From positions 64,001 through 128,000 of the forward strand of contig CAZUFC010000004.1 of assembly GCA_964619725.1 (NCBI GenBank): a stretch of DNA of 64,000 bases. The letters run 5' to 3'. Of this stretch, positions 38,464 through 47,155 are shown piece after piece. Position 1 is the first letter of the stretch; each line of letters opens with the position of its first letter. This stretch comes from an uncultured bacterium (lineage in GTDB: Bacteria > CSSED10-310 > CAZUFC01). The notes below the pieces were generated by a model. That model ran no database searches and was not told the origin of the DNA. It saw only the letters and a program-made list of their open reading frames with translations. The translations under genes and the position numbers were made by a program.

Positions 38464-38711
38464 TGCCGTTCGTTTTTAATCTCATATTTACACTTTTCTT
38501 TTGAAAATATTATGAGTCGCTCCGGTTTCAGACATCAACCGATTCAGAAGGACGTTTGGACCTCTTTAAAGCGACATCCGCAAGACGAATAAATCACACC
38601 GACATTTACTCACAACCCAAAGAGAATTTAAATCCTTTTCCTGTTAAAACGGAATTTCCGGCCGTCCCTAAGCTGAAAACTGAAATGAAAGGTTTAATTG
38701 ATGATATTAAA

Positions 38712-38724
38712 AATCAATGGCTTA
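38712..38724 (+). promoter_or_regulatory. IHF-like binding site
   Basis: AATCAATGGCTTA matches WATCAANNNNTTR, in an AT-rich context. Confidence 0.5.
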
Positions 38725-38777
38725 TAAAATAGTCAAGCATTACTGAAAGTTAGAGATACAAATGAAAGACAATGATA

Positions 38778-38833
38778 GAATGCACAGTTTTTCCACAAAG
38801 TAATCACAGGTTTTCCACAGACTTTGTGAAAAA
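38778..38833. promoter_or_regulatory. DnaA-box cluster (candidate replication origin element)
   Basis: TTTTCCACA at 38789-38797 and 38811-38819, inverted TGTGAAAAA at 38825-38833 (all match TTWTNCACA), plus degenerate GAATGCACA and GTAATCACA. Confidence 0.6.
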
Positions 38834-38874
38834 TCATAAAACTTCAAGTTATTTCAAGAAAAATTGGAGTGAAG

Positions 38875-39056
38875 AGGGGGGAAACGGAATTTAGTAATTT
38901 GATATTTCATCATAAGTTAGGCATCACCGATAATGATTGCGAAAATCGATGTTTCATTTTACCCCACCCGACAGAGTCAACCCTACGTCCCTGTCGAATC
39001 TTTACCGGAGCCGTTGCTCATAAAACGGGAGACAGATTTTATACCGTTTCCCCCCT
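38875..39056 (-). ncRNA. Candidate 182-nt structured RNA (6S-like size) closed by a 13-bp stem
   Basis: AGGGGGGAAACGG / CCGTTTCCCCCCT perfect inverted repeat; internal hairpins pair better (G-U) on the minus strand. Confidence 0.3.
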
Positions 39057-39296
39057 GATCTTAAGGATTGCAGAATTGTTTGTTCAGAAGGTGAATCGGA
39101 CAAGAAGTGTCCGCGATCGAACAGAAATTCGCACCCTCAATCGAAGAGTCAAGGGTTCCACTCAACCGCTATAATGGGAAGCAATAAAGGCGCCAGACGT
39201 ACAGATTCAACTCTCAATAGTTCTCTGTACGTTAAAAGCAGTGAAATAAAACTGATAAAAAGTCGTGAGCTGTTGGGTGGAACTGTTCGTTTTCGT

Positions 39297-40334
39297 TCAT
39301 ATCTTTATAACTGCATCATCTTCTGCATTCTTTATTTTTTGAAACGCGTAAAGGCTTTTCATGAATCCGAAGGGAATGAACACTGTGGGAAGATCGGCCA
39401 GTCCGTAATGAGGGATTTGAGCGTGAAAAGCTACATCACCGACAGCAATAATGAAATAAGGGACAAAAGCGACCGCCATCGACCAGAATATCCAACTCAG
39501 GGCTCGGATTTCGATTCTTGATAATTTAGTTTTAAAGTTTTGGAGGAAGGAGATGACTCCGCCGAGGAAAAAGACGAACCAGAGGAGAAAACCCAGTATC
39601 ATTAGGTTCATTTCAAATAAGAGAGCGTTTTTTCCTTTTCTAAGAATGATCAGATTCATTATTTGCGCTGACGAGAATAAAAAGAGCGACGGCAGATAAA
39701 TCCAGAATTGGAAACGAGGAAATCTTCTTAGCCAGTTCACTTTTCTTGGAAAAAGCAGGAAGAAATGAAAGAAAAGGACCGGCAGCGTATAGAAAATAAA
39801 GAGATAGACAGCCCTGTAGGCTTCGGAAAGAACAGTTGAGGAGAATCTTGGAGGAGCAGTTTTAAAAAAGCAGAAACCAGTGCAAAGCAGGAAAAAGAGA
39901 ATCCCGAGTTTTTTTTCCGGCGGATTCAGAAATACAAAAACACCAACCGCCAGAAAAAGCAAGCCGACGATGTTGTTTATCGAGCGCTCCAGTACGGCAT
40001 GCGCGGGTAAGGACTGAAAAGTTAAAGGAATTTCCAGGATATCATCTTGTCTTTTAACCTTGTAAACGACAGTATCGCCGACCTGGAAATTTCTTCCTAT
40101 CTCAATAATGTTTTTGAAATTGTCGACCGGTTCGCCGTTGACTTCAACTATTTTATCGTTTTCCATAAAACCCGCTTTTGCAGCCGGACCAGAAGGTTCA
40201 AGGTTTTTGATAAGGAAGCTTTTTTCTCCAGACCGGGACCAACCGGCATATGGAAACGAGAATGAATCAATGATTCCTGCGCCCGAGATAATCGTCAGAA
40301 TCAGAACGGCGGCAAAAACAGTAATTTTTTTCAT
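39297..40334 (-). CDS. PDZ-domain polytopic membrane protein (sensor-like module without an output domain)
   Basis: N-terminal TM, PDZ (SGPAAKAGFMENDKIVEVNG), 6-7 TM helices including FFHFFLLFP; starts 4 nt after the tsaC stop. Confidence 0.75.
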   Translation of the reverse strand: MKKITVFAAVLILTIISGAGIIDSFSFPYAGWSRSGEKSFLIKNLEPSGPAAKAGFMENDKIVEVNGEPVDNFKNIIEIGRNFQVGDTVVYKVKRQDDILEIPLTFQSLPAHAVLERSINNIVGLLFLAVGVFVFLNPPEKKLGILFFLLCTGFCFFKTAPPRFSSTVLSEAYRAVYLFIFYTLPVLFFHFFLLFPRKVNWLRRFPRFQFWIYLPSLFLFSSAQIMNLIILRKGKNALLFEMNLMILGFLLWFVFFLGGVISFLQNFKTKLSRIEIRALSWIFWSMAVAFVPYFIIAVGDVAFHAQIPHYGLADLPTVFIPFGFMKSLYAFQKIKNAEDDAVIKI

Positions 40335-40338
40335 TTCT

Positions 40339-41010
40339 CTACTTCGCATGGAATTGATTTGTTTTACCTCCAATAGCGGATTCAATGTCGGTTTTGGTCA
40401 CAGGACCGTTTCTCAATATCAAGGGCGGTCGACGTGTGATATCCAGGACAGTGGAAGAGCGGCCGAGACTGCACTTACCGGCATCGAAAATTTGTATCCC
40501 CTTTTCGATTGCAAATGAGTTAGTCAAATCGGCGGCGCTTTTTGCCGGTTCCTCACCTGAGAGATTAGCGCTGGTGACTACAAGAGGAAAACCGGTTTCT
40601 TTGAGAAGATAAAGGCAGAACAGTTCATCTGGAATTCTAATTCCTAATCGTTTTTCCGGACCCGTCAGCCATTCAGGAACGTTATTCGCTGCCCTGCATA
40701 TCATCGTCAGAGGTCCTGGCCAGAATTCTTTCATAATTTTTTCTGCAAAATTTGGGAGGGCAGACGTTAATCTTCTCGCTTCAGCGATGTCGTGCACTTG
40801 CAGGGGAAGCTTGTTCGTAATTTTCCTGTTTTTAATTTTATAAATTTTCATGACAGCAGCTTTATTTCGGGCATCGGCCGCTAACCCGTAAACCGTTTCT
40901 GTCGGTATGACGATGAGCATTCCTCTTTCCAGCAGGCTTGCAGCAAACCTGATGATATTTCTCTCCGGTTTTTTCCGGTCGACTTTTATTATATCTGGAG
41001 GGTGATTCAT
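40339..41010 (-). CDS. tsaC: L-threonylcarbamoyladenylate synthase (TsaC/Sua5 catalytic domain)
   Basis: PTETVYGL, KIKNR, FWPGPLT, GIRIP, TSANLSG, SSTVLD. Confidence 0.93.
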   Translation of the reverse strand: MNHPPDIIKVDRKKPERNIIRFAASLLERGMLIVIPTETVYGLAADARNKAAVMKIYKIKNRKITNKLPLQVHDIAEARRLTSALPNFAEKIMKEFWPGPLTMICRAANNVPEWLTGPEKRLGIRIPDELFCLYLLKETGFPLVVTSANLSGEEPAKSAADLTNSFAIEKGIQIFDAGKCSLGRSSTVLDITRRPPLILRNGPVTKTDIESAIGGKTNQFHAK

Positions 41011-41200
41011 TTTTGGGAATTCTGAGTAATTATTAGACTTCATCAAGCTTCGTTGAAGCTTGAGTTTGCGTTTGTGATTTTAACAAGAAACGATTGATGC
41101 GGCAAGAATTCAAATCGTTTTTACGATTTTTCCCGAGAAATGACTTAAGGCCTATATTGCTGCTTGCATGTTTCAATTCAAAATAATATATTCGACAACT

Positions 41201-42091
41201 ATGAAGGAAGTTCAGCATAAAACGGTCTGTTTGATAGGAGCGGGAAAAGTCGGTTCCACATTGACATATCATTTGGTTCAAGGGAAATATAGGCTGAAGT
41301 CTTTATTCGACATCGACAACGACAAGGCAAACGTTCTGATTAAGAAAATCAAGCAGGGAACCGTATTCGATAAAGCTTCCGAAGCCGTTAAGGGATGCAA
41401 TTTGATTTTGACGGCAACCCCGGATACAGAGATACCGCAAATCGCCCGGAGCATAATTGCAAGCGTTGAACCAGGCAGTATAATCATGCACGCATCAGGA
41501 GCCCTGCCGGCGGCAATATTAAATCCTGACGATCGGAGAGACGTGCATGCCGTTTCTCTTCATCCTCTTTTCAGTTTTCCCGAATTGATCAAGTCGCCTG
41601 AATCGCTGCGAGGGATTTGCTTCGCTATAGAGGGTGATGTTGAAGGCGTGAAAGAAGCGGCGGCGATTGCAGAAATTCTTGGTGGAAAATACATAATAAT
41701 CGAAACGAATAAGAAGGTTTTATATCACACTGCAGCCGTTTTTTCAGCCAACTTTACCGCCCTGATGCTGTGGATAAGTCAAATTCTGTTGCGTTCTCTT
41801 GATATTGAGGAAGATTTCATAAGAGAAGGAATCGGGCAATTAGCAGGAGGGGTTTTGGAAAATTTCCGGAAAGACGGGGCGGAAAAAGCTTTGACGGGGC
41901 CACTGGTCAGGGGAGATGCTGAAGTAATTGAGAAACATCTTGCGACTTTAAAGCGCAACAATCCGGAATTCCTGGAGACCTATGGAACACTATCGCTTGA
42001 AATCATAAATATGCTTCGTTCTCAAGGAAACAGAAAAAGCGAAACTTTCGATGCGATTGAAAAGCTGATTAAGGAATTTAGTCAGAAGTAA
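41201..42091 (+). CDS. Rossmann-like plus DUF2520 domain oxidoreductase (PanG-like ketopantoate reductase candidate)
   Basis: IGAGKVG, TPD, HASGA, SLHPL, YHTAAVFSAN, ALTGPLVRGD. Confidence 0.85.
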   Translation: MKEVQHKTVCLIGAGKVGSTLTYHLVQGKYRLKSLFDIDNDKANVLIKKIKQGTVFDKASEAVKGCNLILTATPDTEIPQIARSIIASVEPGSIIMHASGALPAAILNPDDRRDVHAVSLHPLFSFPELIKSPESLRGICFAIEGDVEGVKEAAAIAEILGGKYIIIETNKKVLYHTAAVFSANFTALMLWISQILLRSLDIEEDFIREGIGQLAGGVLENFRKDGAEKALTGPLVRGDAEVIEKHLATLKRNNPEFLETYGTLSLEIINMLRSQGNRKSETFDAIEKLIKEFSQK

Positions 42092-42403
42092 TAAATCTGC
42101 AGATCAACGCCCGGCTGAAATCTCGTCAAGGAAACCTAATCTTTTCAGGTTCATTCAGCAAATAAAAAATACGATCCAGTATTACAGGAAAAACCCATCT
42201 TGCGAGCAGAAAAGAATTAGAACCGCAAAAGACTCGAGTCCAACTCGTTTCTTTTGCAAAAAGGAAAGAACAAATAGGGTGCGAGTGTAATTTTTCTTGT
42301 TTTTTATGGAACATCCATAACCCCCCGGATTAAACAATGCCTCTTAGCGATCAATCTGAGGGGTTATGGACGTCATACGTTGATGCGACAGCAGACATCC
42401 TGT

Positions 42404-43786
42404 TCAGAAGAGTTTAAATTTCTTTTTCTTTTTTGAATCTTTTATGTCGTCCGATTTTTTATTCTTGTCGTCCTTCGCTTCTTTTCTATCGATATTCTTT
42501 TTGGGAGCTCTGTCAATGTTTTTGTCTTTTTGTCTCATTTCCCGCTTTTCTCGTTTCTGAGGTTTCCTTTGAAATTGTTTTCTTTTTTCCTGGTTTTCGC
42601 GGGGCGCTAATTTAGGTCGTCTGTAATCCGGTCTTGTTTGAATATGGGGTTTGGAATCTCCTGGACGTGAAAAATTAGTTTTAGGATTATACTGGGAGTC
42701 CAAATTTCGTTTTTGATTTTCTTTGCTTTTCGGGATTTCGTATTCCAGGTTTCTTTTCGACCTATCGCCCTTCAATGACCTCGAATCGTCGTAATATCGC
42801 TGCTTTTTTGATTGTTCTAAGTCACGCGAACCGCCATCCTGTGTTTTTCTGTGATTTATTGATTTTTTTTCGGCACGCTTCTTGATATAGGTTTTTTCAA
42901 TTTTGGGACTTATTTTTTTGATCTGGTTCAGTTGGTCTTTCGGTCTTACGATTTTTACGGAGCGGCCGTTGACTTTTGTCGTTTCGATGTTAGTGTCGAC
43001 TTTTTCGAAACGCTTATCGGTCGCTCTTTCTATCATAGATTTTGCTGGAGGTTCTGAACTGTATTTGCTTTCGTTGAAGTATCGTTTGAGAGCCGCATTC
43101 TGTCCTGGAGTTTGAGCCACATCAATGATATTGGAATTTCCGAACTGCTGCTTGGTTACAAAGGTCCAACCTTCGTATTGAACTTCATGAGGATATGCCA
43201 TAGGATAGTTTCTCTTCGAGTAATCATCACGGTCTCTGCGCCTGCCGTCCCAGCCTCTCCTGCTGTATTCGCCGTGATATCCGGAATAACTGTAGCTGCT
43301 GTAGTAACTGCGAGGAGGCAACGGTCCCCATCCTATGTATACGGAAGCAACGCGCCATGTCACCCAGGCCGGACTCCATTCGTAACCCGGAACCCAAATC
43401 CAGCCGTAATAGGAATCATATATCCAATTGCCGTAATGGTGCGGGATGTAGCCCCAAGGTTCGTACGACATCCAATACCAGCCGTAGTCAGTCCATATCC
43501 AATAACCGCATGAGTAGGGTCTCCAGCCTGATTCAACATAGGGTACCCAGACTCTTCCGTAGGAAGGAATATAAACCCAATATCCATAACCTTCCAGAGC
43601 CGTTTGAAAACTGAAATCCGCGTGACTGTAAGAGCGTGAACTGCCATACCAGAAATCATGATCGAAATGAAAAGATACCGGGCCGGCATCAAAACCGAAA
43701 TACCATCCGCCGGCTTCCACATTCCTCGAAGCGCCGGCGATCAGCGCCGTCGAAAACATTAATGAGAGAATAAGTAATTTTTTCAT
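42404..43786 (-). CDS. Secreted Trp/Tyr/Gly-rich (DUF6600-like) protein with a long basic low-complexity tail
   Basis: Signal peptide MKKLLILSLMF..VEA, GWRPY..GYWIWTDYGW..EPWG..HYGNW..WSPAWV..GWGPLPP; RBS AAGGAGG before ATG 43786. Confidence 0.78.
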   Translation of the reverse strand: MKKLLILSLMFSTALIAGASRNVEAGGWYFGFDAGPVSFHFDHDFWYGSSRSYSHADFSFQTALEGYGYWVYIPSYGRVWVPYVESGWRPYSCGYWIWTDYGWYWMSYEPWGYIPHHYGNWIYDSYYGWIWVPGYEWSPAWVTWRVASVYIGWGPLPPRSYYSSYSYSGYHGEYSRRGWDGRRRDRDDYSKRNYPMAYPHEVQYEGWTFVTKQQFGNSNIIDVAQTPGQNAALKRYFNESKYSSEPPAKSMIERATDKRFEKVDTNIETTKVNGRSVKIVRPKDQLNQIKKISPKIEKTYIKKRAEKKSINHRKTQDGGSRDLEQSKKQRYYDDSRSLKGDRSKRNLEYEIPKSKENQKRNLDSQYNPKTNFSRPGDSKPHIQTRPDYRRPKLAPRENQEKRKQFQRKPQKREKREMRQKDKNIDRAPKKNIDRKEAKDDKNKKSDDIKDSKKKKKFKLF

Positions 43787-43850
43787 TTGAATCCTCCTTT
43801 CAAAGATCGTGATTATCTTTTCCCTCACGAAATCAAAACCGACATTTAAA

Positions 43851-43868
43851 TATCAAATACCGTGCCGG
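43851..43868 (-). promoter_or_regulatory. Sigma54 (-24/-12) promoter candidate
   Basis: Minus strand CCGGCACGGTATTTGATA versus consensus TGGCACG-N4-TTGC; IHF-like AATCAATGAATTA (43885-43897) just upstream. Confidence 0.55.
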
Positions 43869-44242
43869 CTCATCTGAATAAAACTAATTCATTGATTTTA
43901 AATGATATTATCCTCACAGCTCGCAGTTCCCGTTGCAGGCGAATTCGTCCTCTTTTAACAACAGACATGTATTCTTGAGAGGACAGAATGAGCATATTAA
44001 TCGTTGACAGAACTGAGCGGCCTGAATAGAGTGAAAACCCTTAAATCCGGGAATCAAGGAGGCACATTCGCCCCGGTTTTAAGCTCTTGATGAGCTTACG
44101 TGATAAAACAATGCATCGAATCTTAAAAAGAATTCAACAATACGGCAAAATTGAACTTGGCAAGAAGTCGTTGATTTGCTAAAAATTTGTAGATCGGTTT
44201 CGCTTCCGACGGGAAACCGAATTTTTGGATTAGGAGCAAAAA

Positions 44243-46021
44243 ATGAAACGAACAGATTATTGCGGTCATTTAAGAGGAACAGACGAAGGACGTTCTGTAT
44301 TTTTAACGGGTTGGGTAAGAAAAAGCAGAATTCTGGGTAATTTGATTTTCATAGATTTATGGGACCGTGAAGGTATAGTCCAGATAGTATTCGATCCCGG
44401 CGTATCCGCGGAATTGCACGAAAAGGCCGGGTCTTTGAGGAGGGAATACGTCATCGGCGTAGCGGGGAAGGTGCGGAAGAGACCCGAGGGTATGACGAAT
44501 CCTGAGATGAAAACGGGCGAAATTGAAGTCCTGGTCGATGAGATGGAAATATATTCGATTTCATTAACACCGCCTTTTCATCTTTCGGATAAAACGGAAG
44601 CCTCTGAAGAATTACGTTTAAAGTATCGGTTTTTAGATTTGCGAAGAAAGAAAATGATGAAGAATCTGATTCTTCGACACAACATATCCAATTCTGTAAG
44701 AAACTGTTTGCATGAACAGGGATTCATTGAAGTTGAAACTCCTTTTTTCACCAGGTCGACGCCGGAAGGAGCCCGGGATTTTCTGGTGCCGAACAGAATA
44801 CATAAGGGATACTTTTATGCCTTAGCGCAATCTCCTCAATTGTATAAGCAACTGATGATGGTGGCGGGAATAGATCGTTACTATCAGATTGCAAGGTGTT
44901 TTCGGGATGAAGATTTACGCGGCGATCGGCAACCTGAGTTTACGCAGATTGATCTGGAGATGTCCTTTATAACTGAAGAGGATATTTTTGAAGTGGTGGA
45001 AAAGATGATAAGCGATATATCGAAAACAGCGCTTGAGAATGAAATCTCGATTCCTTTACCTCGAATGACATACAAAGAGGCGATGTCCAGATATGGAACC
45101 GACAAACCGGATATTCGATACGGTATGGAAATTTTCGAAGCGAATGATGTTTTCGGGAATTCCGAATTTAAACCTTTCAAACGGACGCTCTCTCAAGAAA
45201 GTGGATTGATTGCCGGTATAAACGTAAAGAGTGCTGCAGACGAATATTCCCGAAAAAAACTGGATGAATTGACCGAACTGGCTAAAAAGCAGGAAGCGCC
45301 CGGACTTTTTTGGATAAAATTCATGGCTGACGGTTCAGTAAAATCTTCCTTCGCCAAATACGCCGGACAAACGGAGATGGATTCTCTGAAGAAGACTGCC
45401 GAAGCGGAGCCGGGAGATTTGGTTTTACTGATAGCCGACGATATCTTCAGAACCAGAAAAACGCTTGGAGCGCTGAGGATTGAGTTGGCGCGTCGCAGAA
45501 AAATGATTCCTAAAGGCGAATACCGTTTTCTATGGATAACTGAATTTCCGCTGTTTTCCCCGGAATCTACCGGAGACAGGCTGGATTCGGAACATCACCC
45601 TTTTACAGGTTTTATCGGAGATACTCCCGATTCTTTAAAAAAAGATCCTCTGAGCATTATTTCCCGATCGTATGATTTGGTTTTAAACGGAGTAGAATTG
45701 GGAAGCGGAAGCATAAGGATTTTCAGGAAAGACTCTCAGCAAGCGATTTTCGATCTCCTTGGAATCAGCAATGAGGAAGCCAGGTCGAAATTCGGATTTC
45801 TGCTGGATGCTTTTGATTATGGGCCGCCCCCGCACGGCGGGATCGCCTTGGGACTGGACCGTCTTATAATGATTTTCGCCGGGATGGATAGCATCAGAGA
45901 CGTTACCGCTTTTCCCAAAACGCTTAATATGACCTGTCCTTTAACCAATTCCCCGGCGCCGGTCAGCGAAGAGCAACTGAAAGAATTAGGATTATCCCTG
46001 GATGTTGATGTCCCGCAATAG
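44243..46021 (+). CDS. aspS: Aspartate--tRNA ligase
   Basis: RTDYCG, STPEGARDFLVP, QSPQLYKQ, CFRDEDLR.DRQPEFTQ, PPHGGIALGLDR. Confidence 0.97.
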   Translation: MKRTDYCGHLRGTDEGRSVFLTGWVRKSRILGNLIFIDLWDREGIVQIVFDPGVSAELHEKAGSLRREYVIGVAGKVRKRPEGMTNPEMKTGEIEVLVDEMEIYSISLTPPFHLSDKTEASEELRLKYRFLDLRRKKMMKNLILRHNISNSVRNCLHEQGFIEVETPFFTRSTPEGARDFLVPNRIHKGYFYALAQSPQLYKQLMMVAGIDRYYQIARCFRDEDLRGDRQPEFTQIDLEMSFITEEDIFEVVEKMISDISKTALENEISIPLPRMTYKEAMSRYGTDKPDIRYGMEIFEANDVFGNSEFKPFKRTLSQESGLIAGINVKSAADEYSRKKLDELTELAKKQEAPGLFWIKFMADGSVKSSFAKYAGQTEMDSLKKTAEAEPGDLVLLIADDIFRTRKTLGALRIELARRRKMIPKGEYRFLWITEFPLFSPESTGDRLDSEHHPFTGFIGDTPDSLKKDPLSIISRSYDLVLNGVELGSGSIRIFRKDSQQAIFDLLGISNEEARSKFGFLLDAFDYGPPPHGGIALGLDRLIMIFAGMDSIRDVTAFPKTLNMTCPLTNSPAPVSEEQLKELGLSLDVDVPQ

Positions 46022-46174
46022 ATTGTTGGTTGAAAAAGCGATGCCGGAAATATGCATTTTACTCCCTGGAAAAGGATTTTTAGAATTATATTTCCTTTTC
46101 AGGGAGCTCATTGTTTTCTTGACACGATAAATCACTGATGTTAGAAAAAAATGGGAGGCTGCTGAAATAGAAAT

Positions 46175-47155
46175 ATGGGTGATAATGACGAAATAGCGAC
46201 CGTAAAGCTGCCCATCACCAGGAATTTTCATTTTCCACTGCTTTTCGGTCAACAATGCAATCATCAAAAACTCCTCGAAAGATCATTCAATGTAATAATA
46301 AGTCCTGGCGAGAATAATATTTCGATCAAGGGCAACAGGGAAGCTGCGGAGAGGGTAGCGGCGATATTGAGAGAACTGGAGTCGCTGGCTTCGGAGGGGT
46401 ATCCCTTATCGGAAAAGGATGTATCGCTGATCATTAAAAAATTTGGAAAGGAGCCGACGCAACGTCTGCGTGAGGCCCTTTTCGACACGATACTGATTTC
46501 TTCCACAAAAAGGAAAATCTTTCCCAAGACTCCCAATCAAAAAAGTTACATTGACGGCATTCGAAATTACGATCTGGTCATTGCAATCGGACCTGCCGGA
46601 ACCGGGAAGACCTATCTTGCGATGGCCATGGCTGTTGCGGCTTTACTGAAAAAGGAAGTGGTCCGCATTATATTGGCGAGACCGGCAGTTGAGGCGGGGG
46701 AATCATTGGGTTTTCTGCCTGGAGATATGTACCAGAAAGTAAATCCTTATTTGCGACCTTTGTATGACGCCCTTTATGACATGCTGGACGTAGAAAAGGC
46801 CAATCGGCTTGTGGAGCGGGGTTCTATTGAAATCGCCCCTATAGCTTATATGAGAGGCCGCACCTTGAACGATTCTTTCATCATTCTCGATGAGGCTCAG
46901 AATACTACGCCGGAACAGATGAAAATGTTTCTTACGCGGTTAGGATATAATTCCAAAGCCGTAATTACCGGCGATATAACGCAAATTGACCTGCCCAGAG
47001 ACAAGATCAGCGGTTTAGTTCAGATCAGAGAAGTGCTTGCGGGAATTCCCAGAATACATTTTATCGAATTCAACGAAAAAGATGTCGTCAGGCATGATCT
47101 TGTGCAGGCCATTGTAAAAGCCTATGAAAAATACGAAGCCAAAAAGACCAAATAG
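46175..47155 (+). CDS. phoH: PhoH family ATPase
   Basis: GPAGTGKT, RPAVEAGE.LGFLPG, YMRGRT, DEAQN, GDITQIDLP. Confidence 0.95.
   Translation: MGDNDEIATVKLPITRNFHFPLLFGQQCNHQKLLERSFNVIISPGENNISIKGNREAAERVAAILRELESLASEGYPLSEKDVSLIIKKFGKEPTQRLREALFDTILISSTKRKIFPKTPNQKSYIDGIRNYDLVIAIGPAGTGKTYLAMAMAVAALLKKEVVRIILARPAVEAGESLGFLPGDMYQKVNPYLRPLYDALYDMLDVEKANRLVERGSIEIAPIAYMRGRTLNDSFIILDEAQNTTPEQMKMFLTRLGYNSKAVITGDITQIDLPRDKISGLVQIREVLAGIPRIHFIEFNEKDVVRHDLVQAIVKAYEKYEAKKTK

Noticed and set aside
38875-39056. Retron msr/msd or tmRNA interpretation of the inverted-repeat element
   Set aside because: No reverse transcriptase in the window; no tRNA-like acceptor/T-arm ends or tag ORF despite a GATTCGAC word
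39270-39290. GGGTGGAAC resembling a T-box antiterminator
   Set aside because: Lacks the following CGCG and a terminator, and there is no sense-strand gene downstream; explained as one arm of a stem
38869-39521. Plus-strand ORFs of 101 and 115 aa in the gap, and the many short antisense ORFs in the track
   Set aside because: No recognisable motifs or RBS; they overlap structured DNA or well-supported genes on the other strand
44243-44520. Discriminating versus non-discriminating assignment of AspRS
   Set aside because: The diagnostic positions look mixed (Leu at the first, Gly at the second), so it cannot be called without an alignment and gatCAB/asnS data
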